Shown: positions 49,634-59,960, counted from the first letter of the stretch. The stretch: 64,000 nt of DNA from an uncultured Acidobacteriota bacterium (GCA_963713655.1 CAVQMT010000046.1:1946-65945), one strand, 5' to 3'. The notes: generated by a model not told the origin, from the sequence alone. Translations and numbers: made by a program.

Positions 49634-50543
49634 GTGGCGCTCGAGAGCTACCGTAAGAAGCGAGACTTCACCAAGTCGCCCGAGCCGGCCGGCGACAAGG
49701 CTGCGCAAATCACCGGCCGGCCGCAAGCCGCGCTTCTTCTGCGTCCAGAAGCACCTGGCCAGCCACCTGCACTACGACTTGCGGCTCGAGCACAACGGCG
49801 TGCTGCTGTCGTGGGCCGTGCCGAAGGGCCCGGCCATCGACCCCACCATCAAGCGCCTGGCGATGCACGTCGAGGATCATCCGGTGGAGTACGGCGAGTT
49901 CGAGGGCGTGATTCCGTCGGGCTACGGCGCCGGCATCGTCATGCTGTGGGACCGCGGCACGTGGACGCCGGAGGTGGACGACGTGGACGCGGCGCTGGCC
50001 AAGGGCGATCTGAAGATGACCCTCGACGGCTACAAGCTCAAAGGGTCCTGGGTCCTGGTGCGCACCAGGGGCTGGGGCAGCAAGGAGGGCAAGGCGGACG
50101 ACGGCCGCTCATGGCTGCTGATCAAGCACAAGGACGAATGGGCGGGCCCGATCGACATCGCCGAGTTCGCGCCGTTGAGCGTCAAGAGCGGCGGCGACTT
50201 CGCCGAGATTCTGTCGGCCGACGACCCGGACATCTGGCGCTCCAACCGGCCCGCGGAGGGCGGCGAGACGGGGAAGATGTTCGATTCGATCATCAAGCGC
50301 GCGCTGGCGATGAAGGCCGGAAGCGCCGACGAAGGCCCGGGCCACGGGCTACGGGCCAAGGCCCGACCAAAGAGCAAAGGCCAAAGCCGAGAGCCGGAAG
50401 CCGGAAGCCGCGAGCCAGAAGCCGGGAGCCGGAAGCCGGAAGCCGAGAGCCTAGAGTCCAAGCGCCGGCTGCGCGATCTTTCTCGAGCAGCCGTTGCGCT
50501 CAACACCGACCAGACCGCGAACGACAGCCGGCGACGGTCGTGA
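49634..50543 (+). CDS. LigD 3'-phosphoesterase-domain protein; one frame break, 3' end uncertain
   Basis: GTG 49634 gives ALESYRKKRDFTKSPEP. After a shift at about 49720 it continues KPRFFCVQKHLASHLHYDLRLEHNGVLLSWAVPKGP...HVEDHPVEYGEFEGVIP. The ORF then reads through the 50365-50462 heptamer array. Confidence 0.7.
50365..50462. repeat. largest heptamer array, about 14 units of G(C/A)C(C/A)(G/A)(G/A/C)A type
   Basis: gaccaaa gagcaaa ggccaaa gccgaga gccggaa gccggaa gccgcga gccagaa gccggga gccggaa gccggaa gccgaga gcctaga gtccaag. Both convergent ORFs are open through the array. Confidence 0.95.
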
Positions 50544-51449
50544 CGCGCGATGGCGGTGGTCCAGAAGGGGCCGGTGACCAGCTCGGTCTCGCCCTCCAGC
50601 GCGCCGACTTCGAGCGGCTCCTTCTGCTCGGCGGCGTAGCGCAGCAGGGTCTCGCGGGAGGGACGCCCGGTGTTGGCGATCACGACGTCGATCGGCCGCT
50701 CGATCGCGCGGCTGACCCAACGGGCGGCGTCGGCGGCGGTGAAGCCCGCCATGCCGCTGCCTTCGGTCAGCAGGTTGGCGATCAGAATCACGGGCCCGCG
50801 CACGTCCGCCAGCGCCTCCTTCACGCCGCGGACGAGCAGCGGCGGCATCAGGCTGGTGAAGAAGCTGCCCGGACCGATGATCACGGCGTCGAAGCCGCTG
50901 ATGGCCCTGGCCACGTCCGGGTGAATCGCGGCCGCCGGCTCCAGCCACAGGCGGTGGATCTGCTGGCCGTTGGCCTGCCCCAGATCCACCTCGAACTCGC
51001 CGCGGGTGTGCGAGCCGTCGCCGTACTCCACGCACAACGACGCCGCCTCGACGCTGACGGGCCACACCCGTCCCTTGCAGCCGAGCAGCCCCCGCAGGCC
51101 GTCCACGGCGGACAGGAAGTTGCCGCTGTACTGCTCCATCATCGACAGCAGCAGGTTGCCGCCGGTATGCCCGGCCAGCTTCGCGTTGGTTTCGAGCGTC
51201 GGCAGCCGCGACAGCAGCACGCGCCGGGCCTCGCCTTCGTTGCGCGCCAGCGCCAGCGCGCACTTGAGCACGTCGCCGGGCGGCAGGACGCCCAGCTCGT
51301 CGCGCAGCTGGCCCGAGCTGCCGCCGCTGTCGAACATCGTCACCACGGCGTTGAGGTGCAGCCACGGATTGGACTTCAAGCCCGCCGAGCAGACTCGGCA
51401 GTCCAGTCCCTCCGCCGAAACACCCGACATTGAGCTCCCGCAACTGCAT
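50470..51449 (-). CDS. YvcK/CofD-like (UPF0052) protein; one frame break, 3' end uncertain
   Basis: ATG 51449 gives MQLRELNVGCFGGGTGLPSLLGGL in ORF 50451..51449. After a shift at about 51375 it continues VVTMFDSGGSSGQLRDELGVLPPGD...IIGPGSFFTSL... in ORF 50030..51547. There is no in-frame stop before the heptamer array, so the lower coordinate is approximate. Confidence 0.7.
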
Positions 51450-51462
51450 GCGTCGCTATTGT

Positions 51463-51497
51463 ACGGTCTACGGTCTACGGTCTCCGGGTCTGCGGTC
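51463..51497. repeat. heptamer tandem repeat, 3 x ACGGTCT plus 2 degenerate units
   Basis: acggtct acggtct acggtct ccgggtc tgcggtc. The unit is the reverse complement of the TAGACCG array at 4743-4763, in phase-shifted register. Confidence 0.95.
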
Positions 51498-51560
51498 CCG
51501 CAGTGCCGACCTGTAGACCAGCCCAAGTCGGGATTGCAGTGCCGCATTGGCAGGACTCGT

Positions 51561-51588
51561 GGACCGGAGACCGAAGACCGAAGACCTA
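51561..51588. repeat. heptamer tandem repeat, about 4 x (A/G)GACC(G/T)(A/G)
   Basis: ggaccgg agaccga agaccga agaccta, preceded by caggactcgt. The array ends 10 nt before ATG 51599. Confidence 0.9.
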
Positions 51589-51598
51589 CAATGCATCT

Positions 51599-52306
51599 AT
51601 GTCGACTTCGTGGCGCGCCGCGGCGGCCGAGCTGGCCGACGACCTCAAACCGGTGTTCGGCTCGCGGTTGTCATCGATTGTCGTCTACGGCCCGCACGTC
51701 GACGGGCAGACCGACGGCCCGGTCACCGCGCTGGTGCTCGTCGCGTCGCTGACCATCGACGACCTGGATGCGTGCGCGGCGCTGGCCGGCCGCTGGGAGC
51801 GTCTCGGGCTCGCCACGCCGCTCATCCTGCCCGCCGCCGAATTCCACCGCTCGCTCGACGTGTTCCCGCTCGAATATGGCGAGATCGTCCGCGCGCACGC
51901 GCACGTCTACGGCCCCGATCCGTTCGACGGCGTGGTGATCCACGACGCCGACCTGCGGCGCGCGTGCGAGATGCAGATCAAGAGCCACCTGGTGCACCTG
52001 CGCGAGGGCTACGTCGAGGCGGGCGGGCGCATCCGGCAGGTGGCGGAGCTGGTGCGATCCGCGGCGCCGGCCTTCGCGGCGCTGCTACGGAACGTTGCCA
52101 AGCTGCACGGCGTCTCATCCACTGAGAGGATGGACCTGACCCGGCGCGGCGCCCAGGCCGCCGGCATTGCCGACACGGTGGTCGAAGCGGTTCTGGCGCT
52201 GGAGCACCGGCCCACGAGCGGAGCGGTGGACGCCGCGCGTCTCTTTCCCAGCTACCTCGCGGCGATCGAGCGACTGGCCGAGACCGTCGATCAATGGACC
52301 GCTTGA
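51599..52306 (+). CDS. hypothetical protein (possibly nucleotidyltransferase-fold)
   Basis: 235 aa, ATG inside track ORF 51503..52306. The sequence reads ...SSIVVYGPHVDGQTDGPVTALVLV... No firm motif. Confidence 0.45.
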   Translation: MSTSWRAAAAELADDLKPVFGSRLSSIVVYGPHVDGQTDGPVTALVLVASLTIDDLDACAALAGRWERLGLATPLILPAAEFHRSLDVFPLEYGEIVRAHAHVYGPDPFDGVVIHDADLRRACEMQIKSHLVHLREGYVEAGGRIRQVAELVRSAAPAFAALLRNVAKLHGVSSTERMDLTRRGAQAAGIADTVVEAVLALEHRPTSGAVDAARLFPSYLAAIERLAETVDQWTA

Positions 52307-53120
52307 AGCACGCCCTGGCGAGCTTCCAGCACGCCCTGGCGGCCGTGCTGGCGGTCGTGGCCCTGGCGTTGCCGGCGCAGGCCCAGCCGCCGCCGCCCGC
52401 CCTGACCGGGCCGGTCAACGATTTCGCCAACGTGATCGACGGCGCCAGCAAGCGGACGCTCGAAGAGATGATCCTGAGCCTCGAGCGCGCCAGCGGCGAC
52501 GCCATCGTGGTGGCGACGGTGGACACCTACAAGCCGGACTACGCCGACCTGAAGGAATACGCCGTCAAGATGTTCGAGAACCGGGGCCGCGGCATCGGCC
52601 AGAAGGGCAAGGACAACGGCGCTGCTGGTGGTCGTGGCCGTCCGCGACCGGGAAGTGCGGATCGAGGTGGGCTACGAGCTGGAGCAGTTCGTCACCGACG
52701 GCTTCGCCGGCCAGGTCAGCCGCCTCGACATGGTCCCCGCCTTCCGGCAGGGCCAGTACGGCGAGGGCCTCGTGGCGGGCGTGTCGCGACTCGTGGATCG
52801 GATCGCGGAAGGCCGCGGGGTCCAGCTCTCCGATCGGCCGGACGCCGCGAATCAACGTGCGCAATACCGGGGGCGGCGGCGGCCTGCTGTTGGCGCTGTT
52901 CGTGCTTTTCATCGTGCTGAACGCCCTGGGCCGGCGCGGCCGGCGTCGATCGCGCTACTGGGGCGGCGCGCCATGGAGCACCTGGCACAGCGGCGTGGGC
53001 CCGTTCGGCGGCCCACGCGGGGGCGGGTTCGGAGGGTTCGGCGGTGGCGGATTCGGCGGGGGTTTTGGCGGCTTCGGCGGCGGCCGCAGCGGCGGTGGCG
53101 GCGGCGGAGCCAGCTGGTAG
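52294..53120 (+). CDS. TPM-domain (YgcG-like) protein with Gly-rich tail, two frame breaks
   Basis: The signal is followed by LTGPVNDFANVIDGASKRTLEEMILSLERASGDAIVVATV. After a shift at about 52620 it continues LLVVVAVRDREVRIEVGYELE. After a shift at about 52840 comes a TM segment LLLALFVLFIVL and the tail GGFGGFGGGGFGGGFGG...ASW*. Confidence 0.7.
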
Positions 53121-53156
53121 GCCTGTGCTTTCGGCCCCGCTCCGCGGGGCGGTGAT

Positions 53157-53753
53157 ATGGTGAAAAGGGGGATGACGATGACTCGGATGCGTGCTGCCTT
53201 CATCACGATCGTGATGGTCGGTGCGGGCGTGGCGACCTCGGGGTGTTCGTACAACACCTTCGTCGGCCAGGAAGAGGCGATCAAGACCCAGTGGGCGCAG
53301 GTGGAGAACCAGCTCCAGCGGCGCAACGACCTCATCCCGAACCTGGTGGAGACCACCAAGGGCATTGCCCAGCAGGAGCAGGACGTGTTCGGCCGCATCG
53401 CGGAGTCGCGGGCGAAGATGGCCGGGGCCACCACGCCCGAGCAGCGCATCGCCGCCGCCAACGAGCAGTCCAGCGCCCTGGCGCGGCTGCTGGTGGTGGT
53501 CGAGAACTACCCGCAGCTGCGCTCCAGCGAGTCGTTCAACCGGCTGATGGACGAGCTGTCGGGCACCGAGAACCGCATCTCCGTGGAGCGCATGCGCTAC
53601 AACGAGCGGGTGCAGGAGTACAACACGCTGCGGCGGCGCTTCCCGTCGAACGTCACCGCCAGCATCTTCGGCTTCAAGGAACATCCGCTGTTCGACGCGC
53701 CCACCGCCGCCGAGCAGGTGCCGAAGGTGAACTTCGGCAAGCCGCCAGCGTAG
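53157..53753 (+). CDS. LemA family protein
   Basis: Lipoprotein-like N-terminus (VMVGAGVATSGC). Motifs are QWAQVENQLQRRNDLIPNLVETTKG and ENRISVERMRYNERVQEYN. The start could instead be 53172. Confidence 0.85.
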   Translation: MVKRGMTMTRMRAAFITIVMVGAGVATSGCSYNTFVGQEEAIKTQWAQVENQLQRRNDLIPNLVETTKGIAQQEQDVFGRIAESRAKMAGATTPEQRIAAANEQSSALARLLVVVENYPQLRSSESFNRLMDELSGTENRISVERMRYNERVQEYNTLRRRFPSNVTASIFGFKEHPLFDAPTAAEQVPKVNFGKPPA

Positions 53754-53764
53754 ACGCCCTCACT

Positions 53765-53794
53765 GGAGCCCGGACGACCTGGAGCCTGGAGCCG
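53765..53794. repeat. heptamer-type repeats GGAGCCN, about 4 units
   Basis: ggagccc ggacgac (ct) ggagcct ggagccg. They lie between the lemA stop and the dinB-like start. Confidence 0.85.
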
Positions 53795-53810
53795 ATTCAG
53801 TGAGGTACGC

Positions 53811-54308
53811 ATGGCACTCGTAGACATGCTCCTCCCCGAGTTCGATCACGAAATGGCCACCACGCGCAAGCTGCTCGAGCGCGTGCCGGACGACCGGCTG
53901 GCGTGGGCGCCGCACGCCAAGTCGTTCACGCTGGGGCAACTGGCGCAGCACGTCGCCACGATCCCGATGTGGGGCACGATGACGCTCACCTTGAACGAGC
54001 TCGACCTGGCGGGTGGCTTCGAGAATCCGCCAGCGGAGAGCCGCGCGGCGCTGGTCAAGCTGTTCGACGACAACGCGGCCAAAGCGCGGACGGAGCTGAC
54101 GGGCAAGACCGACGCCGAGCTGATGGCGCCGTGGGCGCTCAAGCGCGGCGCCGACACCATCTTCTCGATGCCCAAGGCCAGCGTCTGGCGCAGCTTCGTC
54201 ATGAACCACCTGGTGCATCACCGCGCGCAGCTGAGCGTCTACTTGCGCATGCAGGACGTGCCGCTGCCCGCCATGTACGGACCGAGCGCGGACGAGCAGG
54301 CGTTCTGA
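53811..54308 (+). CDS. DinB-family (DinB_2-like) protein
   Basis: 165 aa. Motifs are MLLPEFDHEMATTRKLLERVP and NHLVHHRAQLSVYLR, the His triad pattern. Confidence 0.75.
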   Translation: MALVDMLLPEFDHEMATTRKLLERVPDDRLAWAPHAKSFTLGQLAQHVATIPMWGTMTLTLNELDLAGGFENPPAESRAALVKLFDDNAAKARTELTGKTDAELMAPWALKRGADTIFSMPKASVWRSFVMNHLVHHRAQLSVYLRMQDVPLPAMYGPSADEQAF

Positions 54309-55794
54309 CCCGAACGCTGCTGCAGCATGCCGGCGTCGCCGCCGCCTTCGTGGTGGTGGCGACGGCCAACGGCGCCGGCTACCGCTACGGCGTCTCCGAT
54401 CAAGCCTTCTACATTCCCGTCGTCGTCCGCGCGCTCGACCCGAACGCGTTTCCTCGTGACGCCTCGCTGATCGACGCGCAGGGACAGCTGATGCTGTCGG
54501 ACGAGGCGCTGGCCGGCGTGGTGCGGACCACGGGATGGAGCCTCGACTGGGTGTTCCTCGGCGCCTACGTGGTGTCGATGGTGCTGGTGTGGGGCGGCTT
54601 GTCGCTCATCGGCACGCGGGTCTATCGCCACGGCTGGACCACGGCGGCACTGGTGGCCGCCTTCACCCTCCGCCACCGCATCACGCGCACCAGCGCCAAC
54701 TCCCTCGAGCCGTACTTCCACCCCCGCATGCTGGCGTTTGGCCTCGGACTGCTCGCCCTGGCCGCGATCCTCCGGCGTCGCACGCTGCTGGCGGTGGCGC
54801 TTCGTCGGCGGCGCGGCGGCGGTGCACGTGACCACCGGCCTCTGGTTCGCGCTGCTCGCAGGCGTGGCCATCGTCATCCTGGACCGCCGCTGGCGGACCG
54901 CGCTGCTGCCGCTCGCCGCGCTGGGCCTTGCCGTGGCCGTCTGGGTGCTGGCGACGGGCCTCCTGCGCGGGCGGCTCGAGACGATGGACGCCGTCTGGCT
55001 GCAGGCGGTGGCCAGCAAGGACTCGCTCTTCGCCTCGCAGTGGCCGGCCTGGAGCCTGGGCCGCGAATCTGGGCCTGGTGGCCGTGCTGTGGCTGGCGCA
55101 CCTGCAGCGCCGGCGTCTGGGCCGCGCGACGCCCGAGGACGCGGCCCTCGTGTGGGGCACGACGGCACTGGCGGCGCTGTTCCTGGTCACGCTGCCGGCC
55201 GTCAGTGCCGGCGTGGCGCTGTTCGTGCAGCTGCAGATCCCGCGCGTCTTCTGGCTGGTGGACGTGGTGGCCACGATCTACGCCGTCGGCGCGGTGGCGG
55301 AAACGCTCCGCGTCCACGCGTCCGCCGTGCGGCCGTGCTGGCCAGCGGTCCTGGGCGCGGTGGCCATCGGCCGCGGCGTCTACATCATGCTGGTGGAGCG
55401 TCCCGACCGGGCGCTCTTCGCCGTGCACCTGCCGAATGACGCCTGGCAGGACGCCAACGCGTGGCTGGCGCGCCAGGGACGGACCACGCACGTGCTGGCC
55501 GACCCCGGCCACGGCTGGAAGTTCGGCACCAGCGTGCGCGTGGCCGGCGAGCTGGACGTGCTGATCGAAGAGGTGAAGGACTCGGCGGTGGCGATCTACT
55601 CGCGGGACGTGGCCACACGGGTGGTGGACCGGACGGCGGCGATCGGCGACTTCTCCGCGCTGACCGCCGAACGCGCGCGCGAGCTGGCGCTGCGCTACGA
55701 TCTGGACTACCTGGTCACGGTGGCCGACATGCCGCTGCCGGAGGCCTACCGGAACGCACAGTTCCGCGTGTATTCGCTGTCAGGCGCGCCTTGA
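54305..55794 (+). CDS. polytopic membrane protein of unknown function, two frame breaks; start uncertain
   Basis: There are many TM segments. Pieces lie in ORFs 53903..55564, 54738..55439 and 54928..55794. Shifts are at about 54790 and about 55060. The C-terminal soluble part reads ...GELDVLIEEVKDSAVAIYSRD... Confidence 0.5.
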
Positions 55795-56800
55795 GCTACG
55801 TTCCGTCCTCGTACACACCCAAGTTCACCGGCGGGCACTGGCAGACGCTCTACGCGTGGGCGAAGCGGCGTGCGTTTCCGCGCCTGCCCGAGCCCGAGGA
55901 GCGGTTCTTCGACCCCGCGCCCGACGCGCGGGTGCTGGCCCACTGCCATTGGCACGACGATCGCCGCGCCCATCCGACCGTGATCCTGCTGCACGGCCTC
56001 GAAGGCTCCAGCACGGTGCACTACATGCGCGGCATGGCCGACAAGGCGTGGGCCGCCGGATGGAACGTCGTCCGCCTGAACCAGCGCAACTGCGGCGGCA
56101 CCGAGCACTTGTCGAGAGGCCTCTACCACTCGGGGCTGACCCACGACCCGCTGTTCGTGCTGCGAGAGCTCCTGGAGCGCGACGCCTTGCCGTCGGTCGC
56201 CGTCGCGGGCTACTCGCTGGGCGGCAACCTGGCGCTGCGACTCGCCGGCGAGCTGGGCGACGCGGCGCCGCCGCAGCTGCGGGCGATCTGCGCGGTCTCT
56301 CCCACCATGGATCTGGCTGTGTGCGTGACGGCGCTCGAGCGCCGGTCGAACTACCCCTACCAGTGGAACTTCGTCCGCAATCTCAAGGCCAGGATGCGGC
56401 GGAAGGCCGCCGCCTTCCCCGCCGACTTCTCCGTGGAGCCGCTGGGCCGCATCTGGACCATCCGGCAGTTCGACGAAGCCTACACCGCCCCGCACCACGG
56501 CTTTCGCGACGCCACCGATTACTACCATCGCGCCAGCGCCATGCGCGTCCTCGACCGCATCGCCGTGCCGACGCTGATCCTCACCGCCTCGAACGACCCC
56601 TTCGTTCCGCCAGGCCCATTCACCGAGCGGATCGTCCGCGAGAACCCGCACATCACGGCGATCGTGACGCCGGAGGGCGGCCACTGCGCGTTCCTGGAAC
56701 GAGCTGCCGAATCCGGCCCTGAGGAGTACGACGGCTACTGGGCGGAGCGCGAGGTGATCAGGTTTGTGGACACACCGCGGGCCGTCACCTTGATGGTTCA
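55791..56800 (+). CDS. alpha/beta hydrolase (YheT/UPF0017-like); 3' end uncertain
   Basis: TTG 55791 overlaps the upstream stop. Motifs are HGLEGSS, the nucleophile elbow GYSLGGN, and ...PEGGHCAF. No in-frame stop occurs before the hairpins at 56812-56841. Confidence 0.7.
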
Positions 56801-57533
56801 TGCGCCGACCCGCGGGGCATATCTTGCCCCGCTTCGCGGGGAGGTGCGCCATGAGCGCCTGGGCGAACTCGGGGCCCTTCCCCGACTCTTCGTGCTTGAA
56901 GTAGACGAAGACGTCGTCCCGCCCCTCCGCGCACTCGGAGACGACACCGGCCCAACGCTCGATATCGGGCGCCGTGTAGCCTTCGTCGCGCAGCCTGAAG
57001 TAGGCATACGACGCCGTCATCTCAACCGGGGTCGACAGCTTCTCGCTGTCGGCGATGCAGAGCGCGAGATCGCGGCTACGGAGACGGTCGAACACCTCTG
57101 GGCTGAACCACGAGGCGTGCCGGAACTCGAAGGCGGCGCGCACGCGCGGCGGAAACGTGTCGAGAAAGGCGTCGAAGAGCGCGAGATCGGCCTTCAGGTT
57201 CGGCGGCAACTGGAACAGCAGGACGCCGAGCTTGGGTCCCAGCACCGCGGCGGTCTCCAGGAACTGGCGCACTTTGTCGCCGCAGTCGCGCAGCCGCGCG
57301 TCGTGCGTGATGCGCTTGGGCGCCTTCAGGGTCAGCTTGAACGGATCCGGCGTGGCGCGGCTCCAGCCCTCGAGGATCTTCTCCGTCGGCGCGCGGTAGA
57401 AGGTGTAGTTGATCTCGACGGTGGGAAAGCGCGCCGCGTAGTACGGCAGCATCTTCGCCGCCGCGAGATCGGCGGGATAGAAGGTGCCCTTCCATTCCGG
57501 GTAGTTGTAGCCGGACGTCCCCACCCAAATCAT
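56798..57533 (-). CDS. DUF72 family protein; 3' end uncertain
   Basis: MIWVGTSGYNYPEWKGTFYPADL...YTFYR...LLFQLPPN...VYFKHEE. The in-frame stop is missing; TGA 56798-56800 is reachable by a 1-nt shift. Confidence 0.75.
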
Positions 57534-57550
57534 CTGCTAGAGTTAAACAC

Positions 57551-58404
57551 ATGAGGCGCGCAGGGGCGATCCTGCTCGTGCTGTGCGCGATCGCGAGTTG
57601 CCGGCAGGCGCCGCCCGTCCGCCAGTACACGCTCGTCGGCCAGGTGGTGGCCGTCACGCCCGAGCGCAACGAGATCACGATCAAGCACGAGGACATCAAG
57701 AACTTCATGCCGGGCATGACCATGCCCTTCAAGGTGCAGGACCCGGCGCTCATCCGCGATCGCGCGCCGGGCGATCTGGTCACCGCGACGCTGGTCGTCG
57801 GCGAGGTCGGGGCGCATCTGTCGGCCGCTCACCAAGACCGGCTTTGCGCCGGTCACCGAGGCGCCGCCGGCGCCGGTTGCCGAAGGCCTGAAGCCCGGGG
57901 ACATGGTCGCCGACGCCGCCTTCCTGGATCAGGAGGGCGCGTCGCGCCGCCTGGCCGACTGGCGCGGGCACCGCGTCGCGCTGACGTTCATCTACACCCG
58001 CTGTCCGCTGCCCGAGTTCTGCCCGCTGATGGACCGGCATTTCGTCGCGGTCCAGCGCGCAATTGGCCAAGGCGGCCCCGTTCGCCGACGTCCGGCTGGT
58101 GACGATCACGATGGACCCCGCGTTCGATACGCCGGCGGTGCTGAAGAACCACGCCGCGGCCCTGAAGGCCGACCTGGGCACGTGGTCGTTCCTGTCGCCG
58201 CGCGCAGACGGCGCCGCCGCGTTCTTCGAGCAGTTCGGCCTGATCGTCGAACGCGAAGGGACTGGCGGCGCCGACATCACCCACAACCTCCGCACCGTGG
58301 TCCTCGATGCCGACGGCCGAGTTTCGGCCATCCGCACCGGCAACGACTGGACGCCCGCACAGCTGATTGCCGACATCAAGGCGACTCCCGCTCCCAAGGG
58401 CTGA
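57551..58404 (+). CDS. SCO-family copper chaperone fused to CusF-like copper-binding domain, two frame breaks
   Basis: Lipobox LCAIASC. The copper-binding motif is HEDIKNFMPGMTMPFKV. After a shift at about 57835 it continues ALTFIYTRCPLPEFCPLMD. After a shift at about 58065 it continues ...VTITMDPAFDTP...THNLRTVVLDADG. Confidence 0.75.
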
Positions 58405-58454
58405 TCACGTCGAGCCGCCGGCGCTGGCGCTGACGCGCGCCGAGCGCGCGCATC

Positions 58455-59078
58455 GTGGACCGGCTGCGGACGCCCGCGGCCGTGCAGCACTGGCTCAACC
58501 ACCTGCCCTACAACGCGGAAAAGGGCGGGGAGACGCTGCGCGGCTTTCGTGGCGTGGTGCGGACCGGGACCGCGCATTGCCTGGAGGCCGCGATCTCGGC
58601 CGCCGTGATCCTGGAGCAGCACGGCTACCCGCCGCTGGTCCTCAGCTTCGAATCGGCGGACCTGCTCGACCACGTGATCTTCGTCTACCGCACCGCGACC
58701 GGGTGGGGCTCGGTGGCGCGCTCGCGCGATCCCGGGCTGCACGGCCGCAAGCCGCTGTTCGCCACGCCGCGCGCGCTGGCGCTCAGCTACGCCGAGGGCT
58801 ACGTGGACTACACCGGGCGGGTGAAGGCCTACGCGGTGGTGGACTTGCGGGTGCTGGGTGGCTACGACTGGCGGCTCGCCGCCGGCAACGTGTGGAAGGT
58901 GGAGCGCCTGCTGCTCGACTGGCCGCACCGGCGCATCCGGTCGTCGAACCAGCGGATCGCGGCGATGCGGCGGCGCTACGTCGCTTTCCGCGAGGCGCAC
59001 GGCTACAAGCCGTGGCGCTACTACAAGGGCCGCGAGCGGTGGACGGCTCTGCCAGCCGAATTCCGGCGGAGAGGATAA
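58455..59078 (+). CDS. hypothetical protein, possible papain-fold (Cys/His) enzyme
   Basis: 207 aa with a GTG start. TGTAHCLEAAISAAV...LLDHVIFVY suggests a Cys-His dyad. This is a weak call. Confidence 0.35.
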   Translation: MDRLRTPAAVQHWLNHLPYNAEKGGETLRGFRGVVRTGTAHCLEAAISAAVILEQHGYPPLVLSFESADLLDHVIFVYRTATGWGSVARSRDPGLHGRKPLFATPRALALSYAEGYVDYTGRVKAYAVVDLRVLGGYDWRLAAGNVWKVERLLLDWPHRRIRSSNQRIAAMRRRYVAFREAHGYKPWRYYKGRERWTALPAEFRRRG

Positions 59079-59134
59079 GGCGCCCTGCCAGGGCGGATAG
59101 GCAGCGCTAGCGGAGTCGGAGGACTCCCTTCACG

Positions 59135-59542
59135 TTGTTGCGGGCAAGCCGTCCTGCGAGCGCTGGCACCGCGTCAACGCTACCTGGCCTATATCTCGGT
59201 GGGACGATCGTGTTCGCCGCGCTGAGCGCCGCCGGCAGAGTGGGAGACGACCATCCGGGCCAGTGGCTGCCGTTCTGGAGACGGGCGTGCGCGGACGGAC
59301 GGCCGCACGCCTGCCAGTACGTGGCCGATGTGTAGGCGGCTTTCTGCGTCCAGGGATCGGCGTGGGCGTGCGACGTCGCGCGAGGCGATCCGCCCGACGG
59401 CGCGGCAAGTGCGCTGCCGACGCTCGCCGACTATCCGATCATCCTTCGCGGCAGCAAGGGTCCCGTCCGCGAGCGCACGCCGGGCAAACTCACGGCGCTC
59501 GCCTGCCGGCAAGGCTGGGCGCATGCGTGCGCGTCGCGTTGA
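59135..59542 (+). pseudogene. 3' remnant of a Cys-rich protein gene with an in-frame TAG
   Basis: ...WLPFWRRACADGRPHACQYVADV[TAG 59333-59335]AAFCVQGSAWACDV...LACRQGWAHACASR*. It shows a thrice-repeated C-x5-7-AC pattern. No plausible start or N-terminal part is present. Confidence 0.4.
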
Positions 59543-59551
59543 CGCGCCGTG

Positions 59552-59960
59552 GTGGACGATCCCCTGCTCGTGCGCCGCATCGAGCGTCCCGGCGATCTGC
59601 TTCGCGATCGGCAGCGCCTCGTCGGGCGGAAGCTCTGTGCCCTTGGCCCTCAGCTCTTCGATCTCTTGCGCCCAAATCGTCGCTCTCGACGAGTTCCATG
59701 ACGAGCGCGGAGACCCCGCCGCACTGTTCGAGCCCGTAGATGGCCGCGATGTTGGGTGGCTGAGCGACGCGAGCGTCTTGGCGTCACGCTGGAAGCGCGC
59801 GAGCCGCTCGGCGTCGTGCGCGAACGGCCTCGGGCAGGATCTTCGAGCGCGACATCGCGATCGAGCTTGGTGTCGCGCCCAATAGACCTGCCCACGCCTT
59901 CGCCGATCTGCTCGGTGACTCCGTAAAGGGACCGAGGCGGGCGCCGTGCGCAAGCGTCAT
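59552..59960 (-). pseudogene. truncated, frameshifted N-terminal fragment of a Ser/Thr kinase gene
   Basis: ATG 59960. Across frames it reads ...VTEQIGEG..VYWARDTKLDRDVAL.ILPEAFAHDAERLARFQR.AKTLASLSHP.IAAIYGLEQ...ALVMELVE...PIAKQIAGTLDAAHEQGIVHH. The sequence then ends abruptly, with no HRDLKP continuation. Confidence 0.6.

Noticed and set aside
50365-50462. The heptamer arrays and the 23-bp repeats considered as a CRISPR array.
   Set aside because: The units are contiguous with no spacers, and they are far shorter than CRISPR repeats. No cas genes are present in the window.
59333-59335. The in-frame TAG as programmed readthrough or pyrrolysine.
   Set aside because: The ORF is a 5'-truncated remnant in a decayed region. 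There are no pyl genes or recoding signals in view. An ordinary nonsense mutation is the simpler explanation.
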